From IMG/VR virus record IMGVR_UViG_3300047159_000064: DNA of 49,899 bases; one strand, written 5' to 3'. The translations under genes and the position numbers were made by a program. Under the pieces are notes generated by a model. That model searched no databases. It saw only the letters and a list, made by a program, of their open reading frames with translations, and was not told where the DNA came from. Shown here in pieces: positions 41,815 to 49,189 of this stretch. How positions within the stretch are numbered: position 1 is the stretch's first letter; the number at the start of each line of letters is the position of its first letter. The DNA is from a virus. Lineage: Duplodnaviria; Heunggongvirae; Uroviricota; Caudoviricetes.

Positions 41815-42219
41815 CTAAGCTTTAGCTACTTCAGGCTGCTCGGCGCATTCTTTCATCAGGCGATCGTGCTCGGCCTGGCTGTCAGGCCGCATGAAATCGT
41901 CGTAGCCTGTGAAGAAGAAATTGATGTGGATGACGCCGATGAGCGTCTGAGCGACGTTCTTCAGATCGGCGTATTCTTTAGACAAATCTGCCATCATGTC
42001 AGGCGAGCTGACATACGACAGATTGTGCACTTCGAACTCAAGCGTAGCGTATTCGTCTTCTTTTTCGGCTTTGTCCACGTAAAGCGTGATATTGGATTCA
42101 AAGCCCCAATTGCGCCCTTGGCGGATGAACTCAAGCTCAGATCCGTTCTCGTAAAGAAGCACGAAGCCGACCGAAGACAGATATTTTTTGGCTTCGGCTA
42201 TTTTCTCTTCAGATGTCAT
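41815..42219 (-). CDS. Hypothetical protein
   Basis: AAGGAG RBS; start MTSEE; the ORF-track extension overlaps a tRNA. Confidence 0.72.
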   Translation of the reverse strand: MTSEEKIAEAKKYLSSVGFVLLYENGSELEFIRQGRNWGFESNITLYVDKAEKEDEYATLEFEVHNLSYVSSPDMMADLSKEYADLKNVAQTLIGVIHINFFFTGYDDFMRPDSQAEHDRLMKECAEQPEVAKA

Positions 42220-42244
42220 GCTATCATTCTCCTTTGTGTCTTGT

Positions 42245-42332
42245 TGGCGGAGGGTGCGGGATTCGAACCCACACTGGCCCGAAGGCCATACCACCTTAGC
42301 AGGGTGGCGAGATACCGTTACTCTAACCCTCC
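42245..42332 (-). tRNA. tRNA-Ser(GCU)
   Basis: Long variable arm, loop CTGCTAA, CCA. Confidence 0.92.
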
Positions 42333-42358
42333 AACGTTTAGGCGAAGCGCGCGGAATT

Positions 42359-42432
42359 TGGAGGCTTGAGCGAGAGTCGAACTCACGATGCGGAAGTTGC
42401 AGTTCCGAGCCTTACCGCTTGGCTATCAAGCC
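42359..42432 (-). tRNA. tRNA-Cys(GCA)
   Basis: Loop CTGCAAC, U73, CCA. Confidence 0.92.
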
Positions 42433-42440
42433 TATAATGT

Positions 42441-42677
42441 CTACCACACGCTCCACCAAAGCTCGAAAGCCTTGTTGGAATAAAAACCGTACTTTTCTGA
42501 GAATCTGCGCAGCTTTCGCCGGCTGTATTTCTTCAGATACCGCCAATAGCTGATGTCGCTCTTATAGATACGCTTCCAGAACTTATCGTCTTTCATGTAA
42601 GCGCCGGCGCACCAGCCGACCACGTCGCAGTCGATCTTATGCCACCGTTTTTTCTCTTCCAGCTTTCTGTAGTACAT
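42441..42677 (-). CDS. Small basic hypothetical protein
   Basis: GGAGG RBS; 78 aa. Confidence 0.7.
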   Translation of the reverse strand: MYYRKLEEKKRWHKIDCDVVGWCAGAYMKDDKFWKRIYKSDISYWRYLKKYSRRKLRRFSEKYGFYSNKAFELWWSVW

Positions 42678-42894
42678 AAATCGAATGCCTCCCGATAACT
42701 GAAAAATACGGCAAGAAATGCAAAACCCAAACTCAGTGCTTTTTCAGAAACATTTCCTTGGCGGCTTGCCACTGTCCCTAATTTTACGCACTTTCGCGCC
42801 ATCCGCTCAAATTCATGGCTTATGCCGTGATTTGGCGGAGACCGGTAGGAGCGAAGGACTCCATAATTAGCCGCTTTTCCCTAAGATTTTCTAT

Positions 42895-43005
42895 AGACCG
42901 AGCTCAATTAGCGGGGTGCTCTAACGCTGAGCTACTTCTCACAAGTGAGAAGATGGGAGTTTGACCCATGACAACCTCGTCCCATTTTGAAATAAGCATC
43001 GGTTC
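42895..43005 (-). ncRNA. Circularly permuted tRNA-like RNA (YrlA/Y RNA-like)
   Basis: 5'->3' order is T-arm, loop-closed acceptor stem, D-arm, inside an ACCGA(U)GCUUA/UGAGCUCGGU terminal stem. Confidence 0.7.
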
Positions 43006-43008
43006 AAA

Positions 43009-43085
43009 TGGCGGGAGAGGAGGGACTCGAACCCACGACCATCGCCTTAACAGGGCGCCGCTCTATCCAACTGAGCTACTCTCCC
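43009..43085 (-). tRNA. tRNA-Asn(GUU)
   Basis: Loop CTGTTAA, CCA. Confidence 0.92.
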
Positions 43086-43087
43086 AC

Positions 43088-43163
43088 TGGCATCCCGGGC
43101 AGGAATCGAACCCGCGACATCGACCTTAGAAGGGTCGCGTTCTATCCGCTGAACTACCGGGAT
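43088..43163 (-). tRNA. tRNA-Arg(UCU)
   Basis: Loop CTTCTAA, CCA. Confidence 0.92.
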
Positions 43164-43203
43164 ATGCTGTCCGATTTAACGACTCAGACCTGTCGTGCAA
43201 AGG

Positions 43204-43401
43204 CTACTTCGCAGCTTTTTTCGGCGCTTCTGCCGCAGCCGGCTTAGGATCTTCAGCCTTCTCAGGCGCCGGATTCTCGTGTCTGCGCGACGTGACTGAC
43301 ATTTCAACAGGAAGCGCGCCGACCAACGCGTTAATGAACAGCTTCACAACGCCTTCCGCTGCGATGGCCACTAACTGACCGTTAACAAGGATATCGTACA
43401 T
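43204..43401 (-). CDS. Small hypothetical protein
   Basis: AAGGAG RBS; promoter at 43429. Confidence 0.68.
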   Translation of the reverse strand: MYDILVNGQLVAIAAEGVVKLFINALVGALPVEMSVTSRRHENPAPEKAEDPKPAAAEAPKKAAK

Positions 43402-43459
43402 TCTGAAAATCTCCTTTTCTTTCTTTTATATTATACGGCTTTAAGCCGACAATACCTAA

Positions 43460-43547
43460 TGGCGGAAGGCTGAGGTGTCGATCCCCATCCCATTGCGGGA
43501 CCACTGGTTTTCAAGACCAGGTTCAGCGCCGACCGAATTAACCTTCC
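43460..43547 (-). tRNA. tRNA-Ser(UGA)
   Basis: Loop CTTGAAA, long variable arm, CCA. Confidence 0.88.
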
Positions 43548-43571
43548 AAACTGACACGAAACAGAAACGAA

Positions 43572-43646
43572 TGGTGGACCTGAAGGGATTCGAACCCTCG
43601 ACTTCCGCCTTGCAAAGGCGGCACTCTCCCGCTGAGTTACAGGCCC
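43572..43646 (-). tRNA. tRNA-Ala(UGC)
   Basis: G3-U70, loop TTTGCAA, CCA. Confidence 0.93.
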
Positions 43647-43810
43647 AAAGGCGCCCTACCTGGAATGCTGGCCGGCTGTAATCCGACAATATGTTCCAGA
43701 CACTGACAAGGTGCCAGCGAGGACTTGCGATGCGCTCATTCTATCCGCCGTTTATAACCTATCCCGCCTTACAGTGGCTTTGGGATTGACGCGCAAATTT
43801 ATTATACGGC

Positions 43811-44473
43811 TTACTGACCTAAGATCTTGCCGTTTTCGCAGAACTTTATCATCGATCTAAGGAGCAAAGCGCCTAGCGAATTGCCCAACGCCACGAGCAG
43901 CGTATTGCACAGCGTGCCTGCGGTCCAGTGATTCGCCATAGAGAAATAAGCCATATTGGCGATGCAGTGCTCGCTGCCGACGAACACGAACGTCGTCACC
44001 GCAAGCACCAAGCCCAACGCGCCTACGGCGCCTGGCTTTCGCTTAAACACATCTACCGCCAAGAACACTAGCATCCCGCAGATAACGCCGAGAACCAAGC
44101 TCATCCACCACTGCTCGCCGCCTGACAGAACGTCCCTCGACGCGGCGATGGCCTCAGCCCTGGCTTTCACGCCGGGAACCAATCCGCACAGATAGCCGAA
44201 GCCAACCGCACCGACGAAATTGCCGGCCAAGCCGATTGCCAAATCCGACAAAAAGGCAGGCTTATTGTCTATCGCGTAGCCTATTTTGCCCGTGTACAAG
44301 AACATGGCGAACGAGCATACGCACAGCAAGCCGACGGAGAACAGCGCGGATCCGATGAGCTTCTGAAGGCTTCCGCACTCGGACATCGTCGCAACGACGA
44401 ACGCCAGCGAGCCGATGCCGATCGAGATTCCCGCCAAGATGCCGTAGACAAACGTCATTGCTTTTTTCTTCAT
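43811..44473 (-). CDS. Formate/nitrite transporter (FNT) family protein
   Basis: GI.AG..I, LYTG, GNFVG, EHCIANM, GNSLG. Confidence 0.88.
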   Translation of the reverse strand: MKKKAMTFVYGILAGISIGIGSLAFVVATMSECGSLQKLIGSALFSVGLLCVCSFAMFLYTGKIGYAIDNKPAFLSDLAIGLAGNFVGAVGFGYLCGLVPGVKARAEAIAASRDVLSGGEQWWMSLVLGVICGMLVFLAVDVFKRKPGAVGALGLVLAVTTFVFVGSEHCIANMAYFSMANHWTAGTLCNTLLVALGNSLGALLLRSMIKFCENGKILGQ

Positions 44474-44493
44474 TAGACAGCCTTTCATTTTCA

Positions 44494-44569
44494 TGGTCGG
44501 AATGGCGAGCCTCGAACTCGCGACCTCCTGCTCCCAAGGCAGGCGCACTACCAACTGTGCCACATCCCG
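44494..44569 (-). tRNA. tRNA-Pro(UGG)
   Basis: Loop CTTGGGA, CCA. Confidence 0.93.
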
Positions 44570-44574
44570 ATATT

Positions 44575-44959
44575 TGGTGGATCCGAGGGGAGTTGAACCC
44601 CTGTCCGAACACTTCCTCTTGCCTTATGCTACAGCTTATCCCGCCGTATGATTTAATCCTGAATTCGCCGACGAGCCGCAGAATTCAGGCATAGCCATGC
44701 CGTTAGTACGATTGCGCGCTGGCTGCTAATTCATCGCAATCGGCGAGTCTTTGTTTACGCCTTCCGCCGCATGGACCGCATGAATCCGGCGATAGGCGCT
44801 TAGCTTTAGCTTAAGGCGCGATTAGGCGCGAGCGAAGGAGCGGGTTGCCGAAGGGGCGACCCAAGCGTTAACTGTGTTGTCAGTTAGTTTTTTTTGGCAG
44901 TGAGTTGCCAGCTTGCTGCGTAAGGCATTTGGACGCGCCCGTCAAAACCGGGCGGACCC
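44575..44959 (-). ncRNA. ssrA: tmRNA
   Basis: GGGTCCG/CGGATCC-ACCA acceptor with G3-U70, T-arm, tag ORF (A)DNTVNAWVAPSATRSFARA*. Confidence 0.92.
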
Positions 44960-45042
44960 TGGTGCTCAGAGAGGGACTTGAACCCTCACCCTTTCGGACA
45001 TGATCCTAAGTCATGCGCGTATGCCTATTCCGCCATCTGAGC
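44960..45042 (-). tRNA. tRNA-Leu(UAG)
   Basis: Loop CTTAGGA, variable arm; CCA abuts the tmRNA 5' end. Confidence 0.93.
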
Positions 45043-45056
45043 AAATCGACAGGACG

Positions 45057-45383
45057 CTATTTCTTCTTACCTTGGCAGGCCAGGCTGTGCGTCCTAAGCA
45101 TCTCGTCCCTGCCGACAGCCCAATTGAACGGCTGCTTATTGGCTCTCATATAATATCCGCCGCACCAATCGTACATGACGGCCTCTACCTCTATCGTGCC
45201 TGACGCGCTTGGATGAGCGTCTACGACCGTGTAGACATAATACTCGTCTCCGCGCTTCTTAGGCGTGAATTTGGCGCCTTCCTTGATGTCGGGATACGCC
45301 GGATCGAACCAAGGATCCAGCTTAGGCTTATCCTGGTCTCCTAGCGCGAACGCAGACAGATCGTCATCGATTTCGTCCGACAT
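45057..45383 (-). CDS. Hypothetical protein
   Basis: 108-aa ORF. Confidence 0.68.
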   Translation of the reverse strand: MSDEIDDDLSAFALGDQDKPKLDPWFDPAYPDIKEGAKFTPKKRGDEYYVYTVVDAHPSASGTIEVEAVMYDWCGGYYMRANKQPFNWAVGRDEMLRTHSLACQGKKK

Positions 45384-45384
45384 G

Positions 45385-45579
45385 CTACTTGCCTTCTTTC
45401 TTGGCGTCTGCAGGAACGTAGTCGGCGCATGATTTGCTGAAATCGCTCGCCGTGTAATAGCGCTCTACCGGCGGCTTCTTGCGCGCGCATTCTGTTTTGC
45501 AGTCGCACATGCAATGGCACATATCGCCCATGCAGAAGTCGATAGGCAATCTATAGCTGTTTTTCTTTTCGCCTTCCAT
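45385..45579 (-). CDS. Small Cys-rich protein
   Basis: AAGGAG RBS; 7 Cys in 64 aa. Confidence 0.65.
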   Translation of the reverse strand: MEGEKKNSYRLPIDFCMGDMCHCMCDCKTECARKKPPVERYYTASDFSKSCADYVPADAKKEGK

Positions 45580-45610
45580 GATTTCGCTCCTTTCGCGAAT
45601 TTATCGATTA

Positions 45611-45685
45611 TGGTACCCCTGCCAGGACTCGAACCTGGATTCTCGGTTTAGGAGACCGAAGTTTTATCCGTTAGACTACAGAGAT
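45611..45685 (-). tRNA. tRNA-Arg(CCU)
   Basis: Loop CTCCTAA, CCA. Confidence 0.92.
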
Positions 45686-45852
45686 ATGCCGATCGCGGCA
45701 TTTTAGGCGCGCAATCGAATTATAATACGATAACAAGGCAGCCAGAACCGATAATTGGCTCCTGATACTGAAAGATGGCCAAGAATCATTGACTCTTGAC
45801 CATCTGAATGACACCCTGCGCCTAACGCAGCGTTTTTATTTAGCCGCGTCGG

Positions 45853-45924
45853 TTATTTAGCCGTCAGAAAGATGGTCCAATTAGATGGGCAAGCTGCTGA
45901 TCTCGCATTATTGACGATACTCAT
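45853..45924 (-). CDS. 23-aa micropeptide MSIVNNARSAACPSNWTIFLTAK
   Basis: TAAGGAGGT RBS; GCTAAATTA motif 31 nt upstream. Confidence 0.55.
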   Translation of the reverse strand: MSIVNNARSAACPSNWTIFLTAK

Positions 45925-45982
45925 GCTAATGACCTCCTTAAGGCGACTGACAACTAATTTAGCTAATATAACTTATCTTATT

Positions 45983-46056
45983 TGGCAGGAAGCGAAGGGA
46001 TCGAACCCTCATCTGCGGTTTTGGAGACCGCGGTCCTACCGTTGAACGAGCTTCCT
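45983..46056 (-). tRNA. tRNA-Trp(CCA)
   Basis: Loop CTCCAAA, G73, CCA; C9 and A24. Confidence 0.93.
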
Positions 46057-46059
46057 ATC

Positions 46060-46134
46060 TGGTGGGCAAGGGCAGAATCGAACTGCCATATCAGACTTAT
46101 CAGGTCTGCGCTCTAACCATTGAGCTACGTGCCC
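46060..46134 (-). tRNA. tRNA-Ile(GAU)
   Basis: Loop CTGATAA, CCA. Confidence 0.92.
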
Positions 46135-46302
46135 ATCGGCGCGCTTATAAAGCGCGCATTATATTATTATACGGCTTTATTCTACTCGAAATCGAACGTA
46201 ATGGTCTTGCCTTCGCAAGCGGCAGCCATCGCTTCTTGGTCGCTGGGGCTCTGAGGAACCATGCCGTCTTTGAAAACGCACTGCGGCAGCGATAAGCGCT
46301 GC

Positions 46303-46914
46303 CTATCCTTTGTAATGCAGTTCGATGCTTGAAATCCATGTAAATGGATCTGAGCCGATAGTGCTTGTTATGGTGAGCGGATCGCCGCTGTTTATGCCGC
46401 AGTTGTAAATATCGATATTGCTCCACCCTTTCGATACCGCGTATGATTTTCCATTTATGAGCAGGTTCTTATTTTCTTTTGCTCTCGCCGCTATGCGGAT
46501 TGACTGATAAGAAAAGGATGAAAAATTGAATGTTATCGATCCTACAGCATATTCTGATGGCTGCCATCCCTTGCCAAGCTGCATAGAAAATTTTGGCTTT
46601 TGGCTCCAATAGTCGGCATAAGCCTGAGCATAAGCGTTTGTTGAAGTATAGGCTAGATTTTGCTCTGTCAGGCCGCTCAAATCATAAAATTTAAAGCCTG
46701 TTTGCAATGGCGCTGCCATAGAAGTCCACTGCATATCATCTATATTTTTACCAGGAAATTCTATTTTGGCCACTTTAAGCGATGTGCTCTGATTCTGCCC
46801 TTTGGCGTCGGCTTGCGCTGTAGAAGCGCCTTCGTATGCGAAAAGGCCAATTGTCGCCGCAAGGCCTAAAGCCGCTGTTATTGCGTATGTTTTAAGCTGT
46901 TTCGATCTATTCAT
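46303..46914 (-). CDS. Secreted or membrane-anchored protein
   Basis: Signal-peptide-like N-terminus; GAGGA RBS; beta-rich C-terminus. Confidence 0.72.
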   Translation of the reverse strand: MNRSKQLKTYAITAALGLAATIGLFAYEGASTAQADAKGQNQSTSLKVAKIEFPGKNIDDMQWTSMAAPLQTGFKFYDLSGLTEQNLAYTSTNAYAQAYADYWSQKPKFSMQLGKGWQPSEYAVGSITFNFSSFSYQSIRIAARAKENKNLLINGKSYAVSKGWSNIDIYNCGINSGDPLTITSTIGSDPFTWISSIELHYKG

Positions 46915-47138
46915 TTCTCATTCCTCGCGTTAAATAAAAAAGAACCTAGGTTACGTATTCCCTTGTTCTTTCAACATCGCCGTTGTTTAGCCTTGTAAGC
47001 CGACGAAGGAACTTATAGATAATTTAGCCTTTGAAAACCAAGTTATCCAAGCAAAATAAACATTCGCTTATTTTGCCTTGTAATTATACGACATAAAAAA
47101 TAAAAAACGAAGTTTGTCTGCAACCTCGATTATCGGTA

Positions 47139-47213
47139 TGGGGAGCCATGCCGGGGACGATCCGACGTTATCTGGTTCACAGCCAGACGAACTGCCGTTG
47201 TTCTAATGACTCC
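47139..47213 (-). tRNA. tRNA-His(GUG)
   Basis: Loop CTGTGAA, G-1/C73, CCA. Confidence 0.88.
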
Positions 47214-47220
47214 ATGATGA

Positions 47221-47295
47221 TGGTGCCCTCTCAGGGATTCGGACCCTGGACCCACGGTTTAAGAGACCGCTGCTCTACCGCTGAGCTAAGAAGGC
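47221..47295 (-). tRNA. tRNA-Lys(CUU)
   Basis: Loop CTCTTAA, CCA. Confidence 0.92.
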
Positions 47296-47299
47296 ATAT

Positions 47300-47376
47300 T
47301 GGTCGGGTCGAAGGGATTCGAACCCTTGACCTCGCGGACCCGAACCGCGCGTTCTACCAAGCTGAACCACGACCCG
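47300..47376 (-). tRNA. tRNA-Pro(CGG)
   Basis: Loop TTCGGGT, CCA. Confidence 0.92.
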
Positions 47377-47379
47377 AAA

Positions 47380-47467
47380 TGGCAGAGGAGACAGGTGTCG
47401 ATCCTGCGTGAGCCTTGCGGCTCTCTTGTTTTCGAAACAAGCCCATTTGCCGTTCTGGCACTCCTCT
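47380..47467 (-). tRNA. tRNA-Ser(CGA)
   Basis: Loop TTCGAAA, long variable arm, CCA. Confidence 0.88.
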
Positions 47468-47469
47468 AT

Positions 47470-48470
47470 AGGCTGTCTGGCGCAGGTCTGCATGAGGCCC
47501 GCGTCAGGCGTATTCCGGCTCTCGCCGGATTCGCTGGCATCGCTGCCATCCCGCCGACTCGAGATCGACGGACTTGATTCCGGCTTTCGCCGGCGTCGGC
47601 TTCGCAGAGTCTTACAGCCTCCGCTAGGCCCTGCAGGTTCAGCGCCTGCCGCACTTGGCCAGAACTGACCGGCCAATCCAAGGCTCACGCTCTCGCGCAT
47701 CCTTGTCTTGTTGGAAGTTGGGAGGCATTAACCATGCCGCCGCCGGTATGGTCCCCATATTATCGTCCTGGGGTAAGGAAACCCGATGCTTCCCTAAACA
47801 GGTTCGCCGCCTCTAAGGCGGCCATTACAGGTGACGTTTCCGTCAGACGGGCGTTGCACGCCATTGTATTCGGCGGGAGCCTTTCGGCTAACCCGGATAC
47901 CTGATTTGGTGGTTTTAGGCGCGGCTTTCGTCGCGCCAGGGCGCTTCAACCCGAATTTATCGCCTTCCGGCTATCCGGCCATTTCTTCCGGCTTTTTCCC
48001 ATGCCCAGGAATCGCTCCCCGCCGTGGTGTGGTTTTTATCGCTTTTGCGCTTATGAGGTTTCAGTACCATTCCTCAGTTTTAGCGAGTCTCTCTCGCGAG
48101 CTTCGTACGCGGCTCGTATATCGAGGAGGCGCATGCGCCGTCCTTGACATCGATTTTGCGAAGGCCCCAGTATCTTAGATCCCGAAGCCTTCGGCGCAGG
48201 AGCTTAACCTGCCGTGCCAGCTTATCGCTGTCCGCCCAGCCGAAGATGCCTTCGATGAGCGCCTTTTTCCGTCCGCTGCGCCTTCTATGAAAAGGGCACC
48301 ATGGCGGTCGAGCCTGTTTCGCCTTGCGCTATTCGCGAAGGATCCGCAGCCGATTGAGCCGGCGGCCTGTCTGGACGCCGTTGCTCGTCACAGGTTCAAC
48401 GCCTGCCGAACTCGCCGTAAGAACGTCATGCGGCGATCCCAAGCGAGCGCTTTCGCGTTGCTTGGACTTC
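47470..48470 (-). ncRNA. Large (~1 kb) structured ncRNA(s) between tRNAs
   Basis: No credible ORF; many GNRA-capped hairpins; duplicated CGGCAGGCGYTGAACCTG module. Confidence 0.65.
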
Positions 48471-48547
48471 TGGTCTCCTGGGCAGGATTCGAACCCGCGG
48501 CCTTCGCGTTCGTAGCGCGACGCTCTATCCGACTGAGCTACCAGGAG
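48471..48547 (-). tRNA. tRNA-Arg(ACG)
   Basis: Loop CTACGAA, CCA. Confidence 0.93.
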
Positions 48548-48558
48548 AATGCTGTGTT

Positions 48559-48644
48559 TGGTGGGCGGAGATGGATTCGAACCACCGTATCCCGAAGGAA
48601 GCTGATTTACAGTCAGCCGCGTTTGGCCACTTCGCTATCCGCCC
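48559..48644 (-). tRNA. tRNA-Tyr(GUA)
   Basis: Loop CTGTAAA, variable arm, CCA. Confidence 0.93.
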
Positions 48645-48656
48645 AGATTGTCAAGC

Positions 48657-48827
48657 CTAGTCTTTGTACTTCGCCAGCAGCGCGGCTTTAAGCTGCTCGT
48701 CTTCTAAGTAATAAGCGTCTTTGCCGACCGCGTTCTCTATGAGCTGACATAAGCGCAGATCGGGGTTCTTCTTCCATGCCGAGCGAAGAACGCTCAAGAC
48801 GTCGTCTATCCTTTTGTCGTCTCTCAT
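48657..48827 (-). CDS. Small YihD/DUF1040-like protein
   Basis: RID.VL..L...W...PDLRL.QLI; AAGGAGG RBS. Confidence 0.7.
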   Translation of the reverse strand: MRDDKRIDDVLSVLRSAWKKNPDLRLCQLIENAVGKDAYYLEDEQLKAALLAKYKD

Positions 48828-48843
48828 TCGGCCTCCTTGAATA

Positions 48844-48918
48844 TGGTGATCCCTGCGTGAGTCGAACACGCCTGATTGGCATGAAGGGCCAATGAACTAG
48901 CCGATATTCTAAGGGACC
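48844..48918 (-). tRNA. tRNA-Glu(UUC) with C33
   Basis: TTGGC-CCTTCAT-GCCAA anticodon arm, CCA. Confidence 0.85.
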
Positions 48919-48932
48919 GCGTAGACTCGAAA

Positions 48933-49007
48933 TGGTGATCCCGCCCAGATTCGAACTGGGGTCTGCAGCATGAGGGGCTGCCATCCTGACCGCTAGACGA
49001 AAGGACC
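48933..49007 (-). tRNA. tRNA-Glu(CUC) with C33
   Basis: GCAGC-CCCTCAT-GCTGC anticodon arm, CCA. Confidence 0.85.
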
Positions 49008-49081
49008 TGGAGCAGGATACGGGAGTCAAACCCGCGTAATCGCACAGGCAATGCGACACTCTATCGTTGAGTTAATCCTGC
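49008..49081 (-). tRNA. tRNA-Gly(GCC)
   Basis: Loop TTGCCTG, U73, CCA. Confidence 0.85.
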
Positions 49082-49084
49082 ATT

Positions 49085-49156
49085 TGGTCGCCACGCATGG
49101 AGTTGGACCAAGCAATCTTCGCTTATGAGACGATGACCCGCACCGACGGCATGGCG
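49085..49156 (-). tRNA. Atypical tRNA with CAU anticodon (Met/Ile2 or degenerate)
   Basis: Loop CTCATAA, intact acceptor and CCA; reduced D-arm, mismatched T-stem. Confidence 0.6.
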
Positions 49157-49189
49157 GCTTAAAGCCGACGGCTGAGCCGACGGCCTAGA

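Noticed and set aside
42833-42885. Segment ending in ...CTCCGCCA as another tRNA
   Set aside because: No matching acceptor stem, D-arm or T-loop
43460-43547. tRNA with anticodon TGA as an opal suppressor
   Set aside because: Anticodon UGA reads UCA (Ser); it has a Ser-type variable arm and G73
44960-45042. tRNA with anticodon TAG as an amber suppressor
   Set aside because: Anticodon UAG reads CUA (Leu); TAG is a normal stop in many genes here
47470-48470. RNase P RNA or group I/II intron
   Set aside because: I could not find the RNase P P4 signature (GAGGAAAGUCC) or intron core motifs by eye, and the flanking tRNAs are intact
48844-48918. UCA within the loop CCUUCAU as a UGA-reading anticodon
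   Set aside because: The 5-bp stem fixes UUC at 34-36; UCA is one base off register, and the sister tRNA-Glu(CUC) has the same loop pattern
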